64,000 nucleotides of DNA. Origin: a virus. Shown here piece by piece: positions 1-8,054 of this stretch. Both the position numbers and the translations under genes were made by a program. The stretch lies in the IMG/VR virus record IMGVR_UViG_3300019124_000003, positions 1 to 64,000 of that record; one strand, 5' to 3'. The stretch's first letter is position 1, and each line of letters begins with the position of its first letter. The notes below the pieces were generated by a model. It was given only the letters and a program-made list of their open reading frames with translations. It did not search any database and was not told the origin of the DNA.

Positions 1-459
1 ACGATCGTGCTCGTCGGCATCACCCGGCACGGGGACCTGCTCAAGAAGAAGATGCAGGAGGCCGGGCTCAAGGTCGCCTTCATCCAGGGCGAGGACAACC
101 AGGCCGAGCGCAAGGCCCAGCTCACGGCCCTGAAGGACGGCGAGATCGACGTTCTGATCGGCACCACGATCCTCGATGTCGGCGTGGACGTGCCGGCCGT
201 GGGCATGGTGATCCTTGCCGGCGGCGGCAAGGCCGAAGTGGCGCTGCGCCAGCGCATCGGCCGCGGACTTCGCGCCAAGAAGACCGGCCCGAACGTCTGC
301 TTCATCGTGGACTTCGCCGACGACCTTAACACCCACCTCAAGGAACACGCCCGGACGCGCCGGGCCATCGTCGAATCCACTCCAGGGTTTGCCGAGAACA
401 TCCTGTCCGACCACGAGGATTTCGACTGGTCGGTGTTCGAAATGCGCAAGGCTGCATGA
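1..459 (+). CDS. SF2 (DEAD/DEAH-type) helicase, C-terminal domain; 5' end outside window
   Basis: Frame 1 open from base 1; helicase-C motifs TTILDVGVDVP (V) and QRIGRGLR (VI); stop 457-459. Confidence 0.75.
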   Translation, partial: TIVLVGITRHGDLLKKKMQEAGLKVAFIQGEDNQAERKAQLTALKDGEIDVLIGTTILDVGVDVPAVGMVILAGGGKAEVALRQRIGRGLRAKKTGPNVCFIVDFADDLNTHLKEHARTRRAIVESTPGFAENILSDHEDFDWSVFEMRKAA

Positions 460-466
460 GAGCGCT

Positions 467-670
467 ATGTCAGACGACAAGATGAACAGACCCAAGGTCG
501 ATCCCATCCACTTCTTCGACGAGCGCGGCAACGCCCTGGTCAACGTCGATCACCTCTATCGGGAGATCGAGCGCCTGGCGAAAGAGGTCCACGAACGGGA
601 TCTCACCATCGCCAGGCTCCAGGGACGCCTGTCCGCCCTGCTTCGAGGAGAAGACCTGAAACGCCACTGA
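467..670 (+). CDS. hypothetical small coiled-coil protein (67 aa)
   Basis: ATG 8 nt after helicase stop, in-frame part of ORF 215..670; charged heptad-like sequence; no family recognised. Confidence 0.45.
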   Translation: MSDDKMNRPKVDPIHFFDERGNALVNVDHLYREIERLAKEVHERDLTIARLQGRLSALLRGEDLKRH

Positions 671-730
671 CCGGTTCTTGAGCCGGGCAGCGGCATCGTC
701 ATGCAACCCCTTATCAGTAAGAACTGACTT

Positions 731-1327
731 ATGAGCAACACGACCCCGACTCTTCCCCGCTTCATCGCGATCTGCGGCAACCCGAAATCCGGCAAGTCGC
801 TCGTCCAGGAGATCCTGTTCCAGAACTACGGCGTGCAGCCGATCGACGATGGCGAGCCCATGCGCGACTTCGCCATCCGTCACCTCGGGCTGACCTACGA
901 GGACTGCTACACCCAGGAAGGGAAGCTGCGCTTCACCAACGTCCTCGGCGAGGACTGGCAGAACCGGAAGATCCTCGGCGAGCTGGGCAACCGGTTCGAG
1001 GAGATGTTCGGCAAGCACATCATGCCCTGGATGGCCGTGCAGAAGACCAAGGGCCGGCCCGGATCCTTCTCGTTCGGATCCGTGCGCCGCGACCAGGGCG
1101 CCTTCTACAAGAGCCAGGGCCCGGCCCTCATCCTCGAGGTCGATAACCCGCTCGCCAGCCCCTCCCCTTACGAGTTCGACCGGTTCGACCGTGAGATCGT
1201 GGACATTCGGCTCAACAATGACGGCCTGGCTGCCGGCATGAGCCCGGCCATGGCCCGGCGCGACCTCGAGATCAAGGTCGCCGACGCCCTCGCCTCCTGG
1301 GCTCTCAAGCAGAAGGCGGCCGCGTGA
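731..1327 (+). CDS. P-loop NTPase, phage dNMP-kinase-like
   Basis: Walker A GNPKSGKS at N-terminus; layout resembles T4 gp1-type deoxynucleotide monophosphate kinases; preceded by CAGTAAGAACTGACTT leader box. Confidence 0.6.
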   Translation: MSNTTPTLPRFIAICGNPKSGKSLVQEILFQNYGVQPIDDGEPMRDFAIRHLGLTYEDCYTQEGKLRFTNVLGEDWQNRKILGELGNRFEEMFGKHIMPWMAVQKTKGRPGSFSFGSVRRDQGAFYKSQGPALILEVDNPLASPSPYEFDRFDREIVDIRLNNDGLAAGMSPAMARRDLEIKVADALASWALKQKAAA

Positions 1328-1434
1328 TGCTCGACCGCTCCTCTCTCACCCCGCCCAAGGGCGCCGGCTGCCTCGCCGCGATCGGGGCCGTCGCCTGGAT
1401 CCTGCTCATCGCCTGGCTCATGGGAGCGTTCTGA
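1327..1434 (+). CDS. small hydrophobic protein (35 aa)
   Basis: MLDRSSLTPPKGAGCLAAIGAVAWILLIAWLMGAF; TGATG overlaps at both ends (coupled to 731..1327 and 1434..2348); below ORF-track size cut-off. Confidence 0.4.
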   Translation: MLDRSSLTPPKGAGCLAAIGAVAWILLIAWLMGAF

Positions 1435-2348
1435 TGCGTCACCGCAAGGACAACGCCCTCGAGGTCTGCCTCGAAACCCCGTCCTCGGGCCTGCGCCTGG
1501 TCGGCTGGCTCACCGACGCCCGCATGTCCCGGCACATGTATCTCGGCTCCACCTATCGGGTGCGGCAGATCACCTTCGACGAATACGGCGAGGCGATCGA
1601 CGACGAGAGGAGCTTTCCCTACGGCCGGCTGCGCTGGGAGCTGGACATGAGCCGGCTCTCCGGATCCCCGATCGCCATGATCGAGAAGAACACGCCGCGC
1701 TACGCGACGGAGGATGTCGATGTGGCGCGGGACATGTCGATCTACACCTGGCCGGTCCTGAAGCTCACCAGCCTCGACGACTACGAGTGGCTGTTCGACC
1801 ACTCGGCGTTCGAGCCCTTCGACGAGGGCCCGCCCGACGTGGAAACCAGGAAGATCTGCGCCGATCTCGCCCGCGGCATCCTCGAGGAGAAGGGCGAGGA
1901 CCTGCTCAAGGAGCTCGCCGGGACCGGCAAGACGATGGGCGCGGTGAGCGCCATGACCGCCCATCGCCGGGGCAAGTCGATGCTGGGATCGATGATCGCC
2001 GAGGGCACGATCAGGGCCGACAAGCTGAAGACCAGCGAGATCAAGGGCGTGAGCGCGACAACGATCGTAGTGGATGAATGCGAGAGCCTCGATGCCGCGG
2101 CCGTCGAGGAGGTGAAGCGTCGGGCCCTCGAGGCGGAGCTGGAGATCAAGAAGCGGGAAATGGAGGAACACGCCCGGGCCGCAGCGGCCTTCTACAGCGG
2201 GGTGCTTCGTCCGAGGCTCACGGTCGCGATCAAGAACGAGGACAAGCCCTTGTCCAAGGAGCTCGCCGGCAGGACGTTCGGGCTTTCCGGCCTCAAGGAC
2301 CTGCTCCGGCTCAAGACCAAGCCCGTTATCAACGAGGGAGTCGCCTAG
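1434..2348 (+). CDS. hypothetical protein (304 aa)
   Basis: Long ORF with protein-like composition, coupled start; no family recognised. Confidence 0.7.
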   Translation: MRHRKDNALEVCLETPSSGLRLVGWLTDARMSRHMYLGSTYRVRQITFDEYGEAIDDERSFPYGRLRWELDMSRLSGSPIAMIEKNTPRYATEDVDVARDMSIYTWPVLKLTSLDDYEWLFDHSAFEPFDEGPPDVETRKICADLARGILEEKGEDLLKELAGTGKTMGAVSAMTAHRRGKSMLGSMIAEGTIRADKLKTSEIKGVSATTIVVDECESLDAAAVEEVKRRALEAELEIKKREMEEHARAAAAFYSGVLRPRLTVAIKNEDKPLSKELAGRTFGLSGLKDLLRLKTKPVINEGVA

Positions 2349-2432
2349 CGACTCCTTTTCACACTGTTAACGAGGCGTTAACTCGCGTATGGGAACGAAT
2401 TAGCGAAATGCCTAAAGCGCGAGTTCGCCCAA

Positions 2433-3071
2433 ATGCTAACAATCGCCTGTCTCTCTCAGAAGGGTGGATGCGGTAAGTCCACTCTTTCGCGTCTCATAGC
2501 CCGCACCTACGCTCAGGCCGATTGGCGAGTGAAGATCGCGGACTTCAACACCAAGCAGAAAACCTCCGTCGATTGGGTCGCCTTGAGGCTCCATCAGAAG
2601 ATCGAGCCCGTGATCCAGGCCGAGCCATTCACGTCGGTCAAGACGGCCCTCAAGCAATCGAACTTCGACCTGATGGTGTTCGACGGCAAACCGGATTCCG
2701 AGCCGTCCACCCTCGATCTCGCCAAGGAAGCCAATCTGGTCGTCATTCCTGCGGTCCCGACCCAGGACGACCTGATCCCCAATATCAAGTTCGCCCACGA
2801 GCTGCGGGCGCGGGCCGTCCATCAGCCGAAGATCTTCTTCGTCATCAACAAGACAACCGAATCCCAGGTCTGGGCGGATGCGGCACGCGCCTATATCCAG
2901 GAAGCGGGCTACTCCGTCGCCAGGACGGAGCTGCCCTACAAGACGGGCTACCAGACGGCACAGAACACGGGTCGCGCCGTCTCGGAGACGAACTACCCTT
3001 CACTGAACGAGAAAGCCGATGCCCTCGCAGCCGAGATCGTGGAACGCCTCACCCAGCTCACAGGGAATTAG
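2433..3071 (+). CDS. parA: ParA/Soj-family partition ATPase (small type Ib-like, 212 aa)
   Basis: Deviant Walker A KGGCGKST near N-terminus; ParA-like length and layout. Confidence 0.9.
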   Translation: MLTIACLSQKGGCGKSTLSRLIARTYAQADWRVKIADFNTKQKTSVDWVALRLHQKIEPVIQAEPFTSVKTALKQSNFDLMVFDGKPDSEPSTLDLAKEANLVVIPAVPTQDDLIPNIKFAHELRARAVHQPKIFFVINKTTESQVWADAARAYIQEAGYSVARTELPYKTGYQTAQNTGRAVSETNYPSLNEKADALAAEIVERLTQLTGN

Positions 3072-3072
3072 A

Positions 3073-3369
3073 ATGTCGCCGACCCCGAAGAAGCCCAACG
3101 TTCCTCCGCCCCCTGGCAAAGGTAGCTCCGCTCCCAAGCAACGGTTCATGACCAGCGTTCCGACGCTGGACACGGCGCCCGACAACCTGTCCAGGCCCTC
3201 CGAGACGACGCTCCAGGACCTCAACTTCAAGGTCAGCCCGGACTTCCACCGCGCGTTCAAAGTCGCGGCGACCACCCGCGGCATGACCATGAAGGAGCTC
3301 CTGGAAGCCTGCTACTCCCACTACATGCAGGCCTTCCCGATGAAGCAGGACGACCTGTTCCGGAAGTGA
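3073..3369 (+). CDS. ribbon-helix-helix DNA-binding protein, ParG-like partner of ParA
   Basis: ATG 1 nt after parA stop; disordered basic N-terminus then beta-alpha-alpha pattern LNFKVSPDFHRAFKVAATTRGMTMKELLEACY. Confidence 0.65.
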   Translation: MSPTPKKPNVPPPPGKGSSAPKQRFMTSVPTLDTAPDNLSRPSETTLQDLNFKVSPDFHRAFKVAATTRGMTMKELLEACYSHYMQAFPMKQDDLFRK

Positions 3370-3527
3370 CGGCCAAGGATGGAGATCCGGGAGTGTCGGT
3401 CTACCGCCAAGGACCGTGCCGGGAGTGAGGTGGAGCCAGGCGGCATCCTCCTCGCGCGAAAGCTGTCAATCTAGGACTTCGACTTTTTGCACGATTGCAA
3501 CTTTCTTGCGCGACACTCACAAGCGCG

Positions 3528-3561
3528 AAAAAAAACAAGCGCTAGAGTCGCTCTAGCGCTT
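3528..3561 (-). terminator. intrinsic terminator after 3620..4300
   Basis: AAGCGCTAGAG-CGA-CTCTAGCGCTT followed by G and T8 on the minus strand; a second hairpin with the same stem lies at 3579-3603. Confidence 0.7.
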
Positions 3562-3619
3562 GCGTAGTGTCTGAGACTGCTAGAGCGCTTGAAGCGCTCT
3601 AGCGTGCGTTAGAAGCGAT

Positions 3620-4300
3620 TTAATCGCTATTCTTTTTGCGACGCGAAGCTTTCTTGTCAGTCGCTTCACTCTCGCTCGCTTCTGTTACGTTGTTCTCTTT
3701 CATCTTGAGCGAGAGTTTCGACGCAAGCAACTTTGTTGCTTCGCTATCGTAGTTCACGCGATAAGCGTGCGTGCGCGACATAGACGCGACACGCTTAATG
3801 ATGTTGAACACTTGCAACGCATTAACGTTCATCGACGTTTGAGCGCTTGCAGTCGAAGCAGACGCGCGCGTAGTAGTGTAACGTTCGATATGCTTCTCGC
3901 GCTCTGCGCTGAAAGCGTTACACTCTAACGAACAAGCTGCGCGAAAGTCTTCTGCGTTGCAGTCGAGATCAGCAGCGCTCAGATTGAAGACGCTGCGAAT
4001 GCAACTCAAGAACATTGCATTCATGTGCGTGACAGTCTCGTTGTTCGCGAACAAGCGCGCGAGTTCAGCAACGCGCTTGAGAGAATGAACGTTGAATTGT
4101 GCATCTGCGTTGCGCGACGAAACAACGAAGTCGCAAGCAACGTTGAGTTTCATCATGACTTCAGCAAGTCGCACGTCGTTGATCTTTTTGCGATAATCTT
4201 GCAGATTACGAACGTTGCTTTCGTTCTTATCTTTCGCAATGCGCGAATCGACGAAAGCAAGATGCGCGTCGAGATAGTCTTTAGCAGTAGCGTAGTTCAT
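3620..4300 (-). CDS. hypothetical protein in low-GC island; paralog of 6628..7476
   Basis: Start chosen at MNYATAK behind leader CAGCAACACACAAAAGAGAG; C-terminal SASTASAQTSMNVNALQVFNIIK matches SASTASTQTSSTMHALQALGIVK of 6628..7476. Confidence 0.7.
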   Translation of the reverse strand: MNYATAKDYLDAHLAFVDSRIAKDKNESNVRNLQDYRKKINDVRLAEVMMKLNVACDFVVSSRNADAQFNVHSLKRVAELARLFANNETVTHMNAMFLSCIRSVFNLSAADLDCNAEDFRAACSLECNAFSAEREKHIERYTTTRASASTASAQTSMNVNALQVFNIIKRVASMSRTHAYRVNYDSEATKLLASKLSLKMKENNVTEASESEATDKKASRRKKNSD

Positions 4301-4356
4301 GTTTCTAACTCTCTTTTGTGTGTTGCTGTTATCAGTTGTGTTCAACTGACAATGCA

Positions 4357-4385
4357 AATCTAGTGACTTGCACATGTGCAGTCAA
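4357..4385 (-). promoter_or_regulatory. sigma-70-like promoter with palindromic operator
   Basis: TTGACT-N17-TAGATT upstream of 3620..4300; spacer holds the 12-bp palindrome TGCACATGTGCA (4369-4380). Confidence 0.5.
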
Positions 4386-4787
4386 TACTGACTGTTATGC
4401 AAAAACGCATGTGAACTTTGCAGGGTTGCAGCAACGAAATAGCCTTGTGCAATGTAATGGGATTGCGCTACGTCAGAACGTAGCGAGGCGCTATCACGTA
4501 GCGCGACGTTGCATCATAGCGCGACGTTGTTCTATTGCGCAACGATAGAACAGAGCGAAACGTTACAAAGCCGCGTCCCATGGGCTTGCCCTGGGCGCGG
4601 CGGGTCCCTCGGTTCCTGGCCGTGCCACACGACCGGACGCCGTATCATGGAATTCGCCTATGGCTGGCCCAAGACCCCGCACACGAGCCATACCTAACCG
4701 GGCCACCGAGATCCAGCCCCTAGGGACACCGGACGCACCGACACCGTCCCTTCCTGCCCCGCCCGGCTCCCAAGGCAACGACCGGGA

Positions 4788-4820
4788 GACGACGAAAGGG
4801 GCGCCCCTCCTAGCGCCCCT
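4788..4820 (-). terminator. terminator-like hairpin after 4838..5188
   Basis: AGGGGCGC-loop-GCGCCCCT then TTCGTCGTC (weak T-run). Confidence 0.4.
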
Positions 4821-4837
4821 TCCGCCTTCGAGAGCCC

Positions 4838-5188
4838 CTATAGGGCGCTCTCGAACGCCGCCTGCTCAGCCTCCTTCTGAGCCCTGCGTTGCCTGATCAC
4901 GCGCACGCGAGCCGCCTCCCTGCGCGCGATTTCCTCGTTGACCGCCTCAGTCACCGAGTCGAGATCTGCGATCCCGATGTTCCCGAGAGCTGCTGCCGCG
5001 CGCTCGACCATGATCGCCTTCTGCGACTGAATCTGCGCCCACAGCTCCCGCGAGTAGCGAAGCTGCTGCGATTTGAAGCCTCGCTCGACGCCCCGGCAGA
5101 ACTCCTCGAAGTCAGCCATCAGCGAGACGAAGCGCGCGCGAGTCGCGGGAGCGATCTTAGCGAGAGCGACGAAATCGACGTTGAGCAT
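4838..5188 (-). CDS. hypothetical protein (116 aa)
   Basis: Class-1 promoter and leader GCAACACGCGAAAGGG upstream of ATG. Confidence 0.7.
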   Translation of the reverse strand: MLNVDFVALAKIAPATRARFVSLMADFEEFCRGVERGFKSQQLRYSRELWAQIQSQKAIMVERAAAALGNIGIADLDSVTEAVNEEIARREAARVRVIRQRRAQKEAEQAAFESAL

Positions 5189-5227
5189 CTGAGTATCCCT
5201 TTCGCGTGTTGCTCTAACATCGTGATC

Positions 5228-5259
5228 TTCGCTAATTCGCTATTTCGCGTCGGCTGGGA
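5228..5259 (-). promoter_or_regulatory. class-1 phage promoter
   Basis: TCCCAGCCGA-N14-TTAGCGAA upstream of 4838..5188. Confidence 0.5.
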
Positions 5260-5428
5260 AACGCGAGGGATCGAGATGGCCCGTCCTGTGGTTTGCGCAT
5301 GGGAAGGCTCAAGGGATCCGGAATGGGCGCCCGGCGTGGCATTCCCCTGGGAAGCGTCCGTGGCCTGGCCGGCGCGGACTGGACCGGCCTGGCCGGCATG
5401 GACCGGACCACCATGGGACCGGCCGGGT

Positions 5429-5459
5429 GGTAAAGAAAAGGCGCCTGGTGCGGCGCCTT
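5429..5459 (-). terminator. intrinsic terminator
   Basis: AAGGCGCC-GCACCA-GGCGCCTT then TTCTTTACC. Confidence 0.65.
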
Positions 5460-5586
5460 AATAGGGCAGTATCCTGGCCTCGATCCCACGGCGCGTGAGG
5501 TTGCGGTAGATGCGGGATGCCTGGCGGAAGCTCAGGTCGCGCGCCTTGACGCGACCCTTGCACATGATGGCGAAGCGGATGGTCAT
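5458..5586 (-). CDS. small basic protein (42 aa)
   Basis: MTIRFAIMCKGRVKARDLSFRQASRIYRNLTRRGIEARILPY; ATG directly follows stop of 5587..5724; stop runs into intrinsic terminator. Confidence 0.4.
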   Translation of the reverse strand: MTIRFAIMCKGRVKARDLSFRQASRIYRNLTRRGIEARILPY

Positions 5587-5724
5587 CTAGCCATTCACGA
5601 TGATGTAGGTGGCTGCGACGACGGTGCAGATGCAGGCGCAGCCGATGAGCGAGAGAATGGCGTCGAGGGTCGCATGGACACGACGCTTGGCGTTGTCGCT
5701 GAGAGTGAAACCTTGATGGCGCAT
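5587..5724 (-). CDS. small membrane protein (45 aa)
   Basis: Leader GTCAGCAACACGAAAGGAG then ATG; C-terminal hydrophobic helix ILSLIGCACICTVVAATYIIV. Confidence 0.5.
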   Translation of the reverse strand: MRHQGFTLSDNAKRRVHATLDAILSLIGCACICTVVAATYIIVNG

Positions 5725-5758
5725 GTTGCGCTCCTTTCGTGTTGCTGACACGAAGAGA

Positions 5759-5790
5759 GTCGCAAATTTAGAGACGGGGTTCGGCTGGGA
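5759..5790 (-). promoter_or_regulatory. class-1 phage promoter
   Basis: TCCCAGCCGA-N14-TTTGCGAC upstream of 5587..5724. Confidence 0.55.
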
Positions 5791-5836
5791 TCGGCGCGGG
5801 AAATGTGATGGCCGGGTCCCATGGGCGCAGCACGCG

Positions 5837-5867
5837 CACAAGAAAGGGGCGCTTCCCTAGCACCCCT
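5837..5867 (-). terminator. intrinsic terminator after 5876..6109
   Basis: AGGGGTGC-loop-GCGCCCCT then TTCTTGTG. Confidence 0.55.
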
Positions 5868-5875
5868 CTCCCTCG

Positions 5876-6109
5876 TCAGAGCTGACGAACCAACTCTACG
5901 CTGTTGTCGTATCCCGTGACCTGCGCGTGTGCCAACATGCGCTGCTTCAAGAACTCCCGCGACACCTCCCGTCTGAAGATCGTCGCGATGTGGTCGAACG
6001 CTTGCTTCATGTCCCGTGCGTTGTCGAACGCTTCGACTGCGAGGGAGCAGATCGCATCGATGTCAGCTCCCAGGTCGCGCATCATCTTCTTGAACTTGCG
6101 AAAATTCAT
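5876..6109 (-). CDS. hypothetical protein (77 aa)
   Basis: RBS GGGAGAG after stop of 6122..6418; followed by terminator. Confidence 0.65.
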   Translation of the reverse strand: MNFRKFKKMMRDLGADIDAICSLAVEAFDNARDMKQAFDHIATIFRREVSREFLKQRMLAHAQVTGYDNSVELVRQL

Positions 6110-6121
6110 GGTCGCTCTCCC

Positions 6122-6418
6122 TTACTGCACGACGTAGGTCGAATAGACAGAATTGGCGGCTTCGATGGTCGCGTCGTCGTTGCTTCCCTCGCTCATGTTG
6201 AAGGTCAGCACAGCGACAGCGAGATCAGCGATGCGCTTGGCAGCGATCTTGGCCTTCTCAGGGGAGAGCTTCATCTCAGAGAGGTGATACGAGAGGCGCA
6301 CGAAGAGGTCGAACTGCTCGTCATCGCGCTCGATCATGAGGGAATGCAGCTCGTCGTAATCGAACGCTGCGTTCGGGATGTCGAGGTTGTATGCGAGGTA
6401 TTCTCTGATGGTCTGCAT
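6122..6418 (-). CDS. hypothetical protein (98 aa)
   Basis: Start at MQTIREY behind class-1 promoter and leader GCAACACACGAG. Confidence 0.65.
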   Translation of the reverse strand: MQTIREYLAYNLDIPNAAFDYDELHSLMIERDDEQFDLFVRLSYHLSEMKLSPEKAKIAAKRIADLAVAVLTFNMSEGSNDDATIEAANSVYSTYVVQ

Positions 6419-6464
6419 TGTTCTGCTCGTGTGTTGCGTCGCTCTCTCTTGCGACATGATCAAC

Positions 6465-6496
6465 ATAGCGAGCAGCGAGCAGGCATTCGGCTGGGA
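6465..6496 (-). promoter_or_regulatory. class-1 phage promoter
   Basis: TCCCAGCCGA-N14-CTCGCTAT upstream of 6122..6418. Confidence 0.5.
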
Positions 6497-6583
6497 TCTG
6501 ACAGGGATCGACGTGGCACTCTCCGCGGGAGCCGCGGGCCGGCCCAAGGGAATGTCAACAGCCACCCCAAGGGATCGACCTGG

Positions 6584-6611
6584 CGCAAAAGAGAAGGGGC
6601 ACTAGGCCCCT
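6584..6611 (-). terminator. intrinsic terminator after 6628..7476
   Basis: AGGGGC-CTAGT-GCCCCT then TCTCTTTTG. Confidence 0.6.
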
Positions 6612-6627
6612 CCCCTTCTCGCTCGCC

Positions 6628-7476
6628 TTACGCTGCCTTGAGAGCCACCTCCCTGAGCTTCTTCGTCACGGGAGATTCCTGCACGATGTAGGTCGGGTTG
6701 CGTCCCGAGCCGGTCGCCTTGACGATCCCGAGCGCCTGCAGGGCGTGCATGGTGCTCGAGGTCTGCGTGGACGCCGTCGAGGCGCTGACCGTGTGCCGGA
6801 CCAGGTGTTGACGGATGGTGAAGTCCACCGGGATCTTGTTGGACGCTGCCGCCTTCGCCACCTCGTGCGTGAACGCCACCTTCGCCTTCTCGCAGTTGAA
6901 GAGGCTCTTGATCAGGGCGACGTTGATGGCATTCGTCAGCCCCTCGTCAGTCAGCCCCTTCACGATGTCCGCGAGCTTGCCAAGCCCATAGACGTTGAAG
7001 AACGAGCCCTCGTGGACCGAGCGATTGATGAAGGTCGGCTCCACGTTGCACGCCAGGAGCACACGCGCGGCACGCTTAGTGACGAGCTTGGCGCGAGCGT
7101 TCTTGAGGTTCTTTTGGATCGACTCGTTGTCGGGATGATCGGCAGCCTCCTGGGCCGCGCGAATGTCGATCTGCTTGGCGATGGCGTGGACCATGACCTC
7201 GACCGCCTCCTCGCCCTGAGCGAGCAGCAGCTCGTCGAAGGACGGCATGTCGGTCTCGTCGCCGGCAGCTTCGGTCTCGGTGGCATCGACCGCCTCCGCC
7301 TCGGCGAGAGCCACGCCCTCGACCTCAGCCTCTTGGACCTCGACCGTCTCGAGAGCCTGCTCCTGCTCTGCGGCAGCTTCGGCTTCAGCGGCGGCGATGA
7401 TGGCCGGATCGATCTCGATCTCGCGAACCTCAGCGAGAGCAGCGACCATGTTCTGAGAAGCGTTCTTGCGAGCCAT
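6628..7476 (-). CDS. hypothetical protein, acidic Ala/Glu-rich N-terminus plus conserved C-terminal domain
   Basis: Start at MARKNAS behind GCAACACACGAAGGAG leader; ORF-track N-terminal extension to 8109 is non-coding-like. Confidence 0.75.
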   Translation of the reverse strand: MARKNASQNMVAALAEVREIEIDPAIIAAAEAEAAAEQEQALETVEVQEAEVEGVALAEAEAVDATETEAAGDETDMPSFDELLLAQGEEAVEVMVHAIAKQIDIRAAQEAADHPDNESIQKNLKNARAKLVTKRAARVLLACNVEPTFINRSVHEGSFFNVYGLGKLADIVKGLTDEGLTNAINVALIKSLFNCEKAKVAFTHEVAKAAASNKIPVDFTIRQHLVRHTVSASTASTQTSSTMHALQALGIVKATGSGRNPTYIVQESPVTKKLREVALKAA

Positions 7477-7528
7477 GTTCAAACTCCTTCGTGTGTTGCA
7501 AGTCAGCGTCGTTGCTGACACTTCGCTT

Positions 7529-7560
7529 GTCTCACAGCAGGAGTTGGGGTTCGGCTGGGA
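7529..7560 (-). promoter_or_regulatory. class-1 phage promoter
   Basis: TCCCAGCCGA-N14-TGTGAGAC upstream of 6628..7476. Confidence 0.6.
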
Positions 7561-7721
7561 TCGAAGAGGGAAATAAAATTGCCTGGGCTCCCGGAGCCTA
7601 CGCACTTTTATTGCCTTGGGGCCTTTACGTGCGCGCGTCGCGTTCATTAGATCTATGCGAGCGCAGGAGCCGGGAGTTGCCTTGGGAGCGGCTCGAAGGT
7701 CACGGCCGGAGCCATGGTCAT

Positions 7722-7790
7722 GCCCAAAGCCAACGCCGAATAATATTAGATATATAGATACTACTAATATATCGGGAGTTGGCTTTGGGC
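7722..7790. repeat. 13-bp perfect inverted repeat flanking an extremely AT-rich core
   Basis: GCCCAAAGCCAAC (7722-7734) / GTTGGCTTTGGGC (7778-7790) around AATAATATTAGATATATAGATACTACTAATATAT. Confidence 0.9.
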
Positions 7791-7842
7791 ACGCCCTTGG
7801 TAGACTGCTCCCGGGTCTGTGCCGTGGGCCCTCCCATGGGAA

Positions 7843-8054
7843 TGCCAACACTCCGGCCTCGGTGTCGCCTTGGCTCTCCCATGGGGTTGCCTCGGTCTCC
7901 CCATGGCAATGCCTAGGCACAACCATGTGCCTGCCTCGGGACGGCGCTCGGTTCCGGGCATGGGCTGCCTCGGCAGATCCGTTATCCTGGCTCCTTGCCA
8001 GCTCCCGCCTTGGTTCCTGCGGCCGTGGCAAACCTCGGCGAGCCATGGCAGGCG
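7843..8054. repeat. array of CCCATGG-N3-TGCC-like direct repeats
   Basis: Copies at 7843-7856, 7878-7891, 7900-7913; degenerate copies at 7957-7969 and 8042-8054; non-coding context. Confidence 0.7.

Noticed and set aside
7722-7790. Hairpin-telomere / protelomerase target (N15-like telRL), given the ParA context
   Set aside because: Only the 13-bp arms are palindromic. The ~43-bp centre is not self-complementary, and no protelomerase gene is visible in the window.
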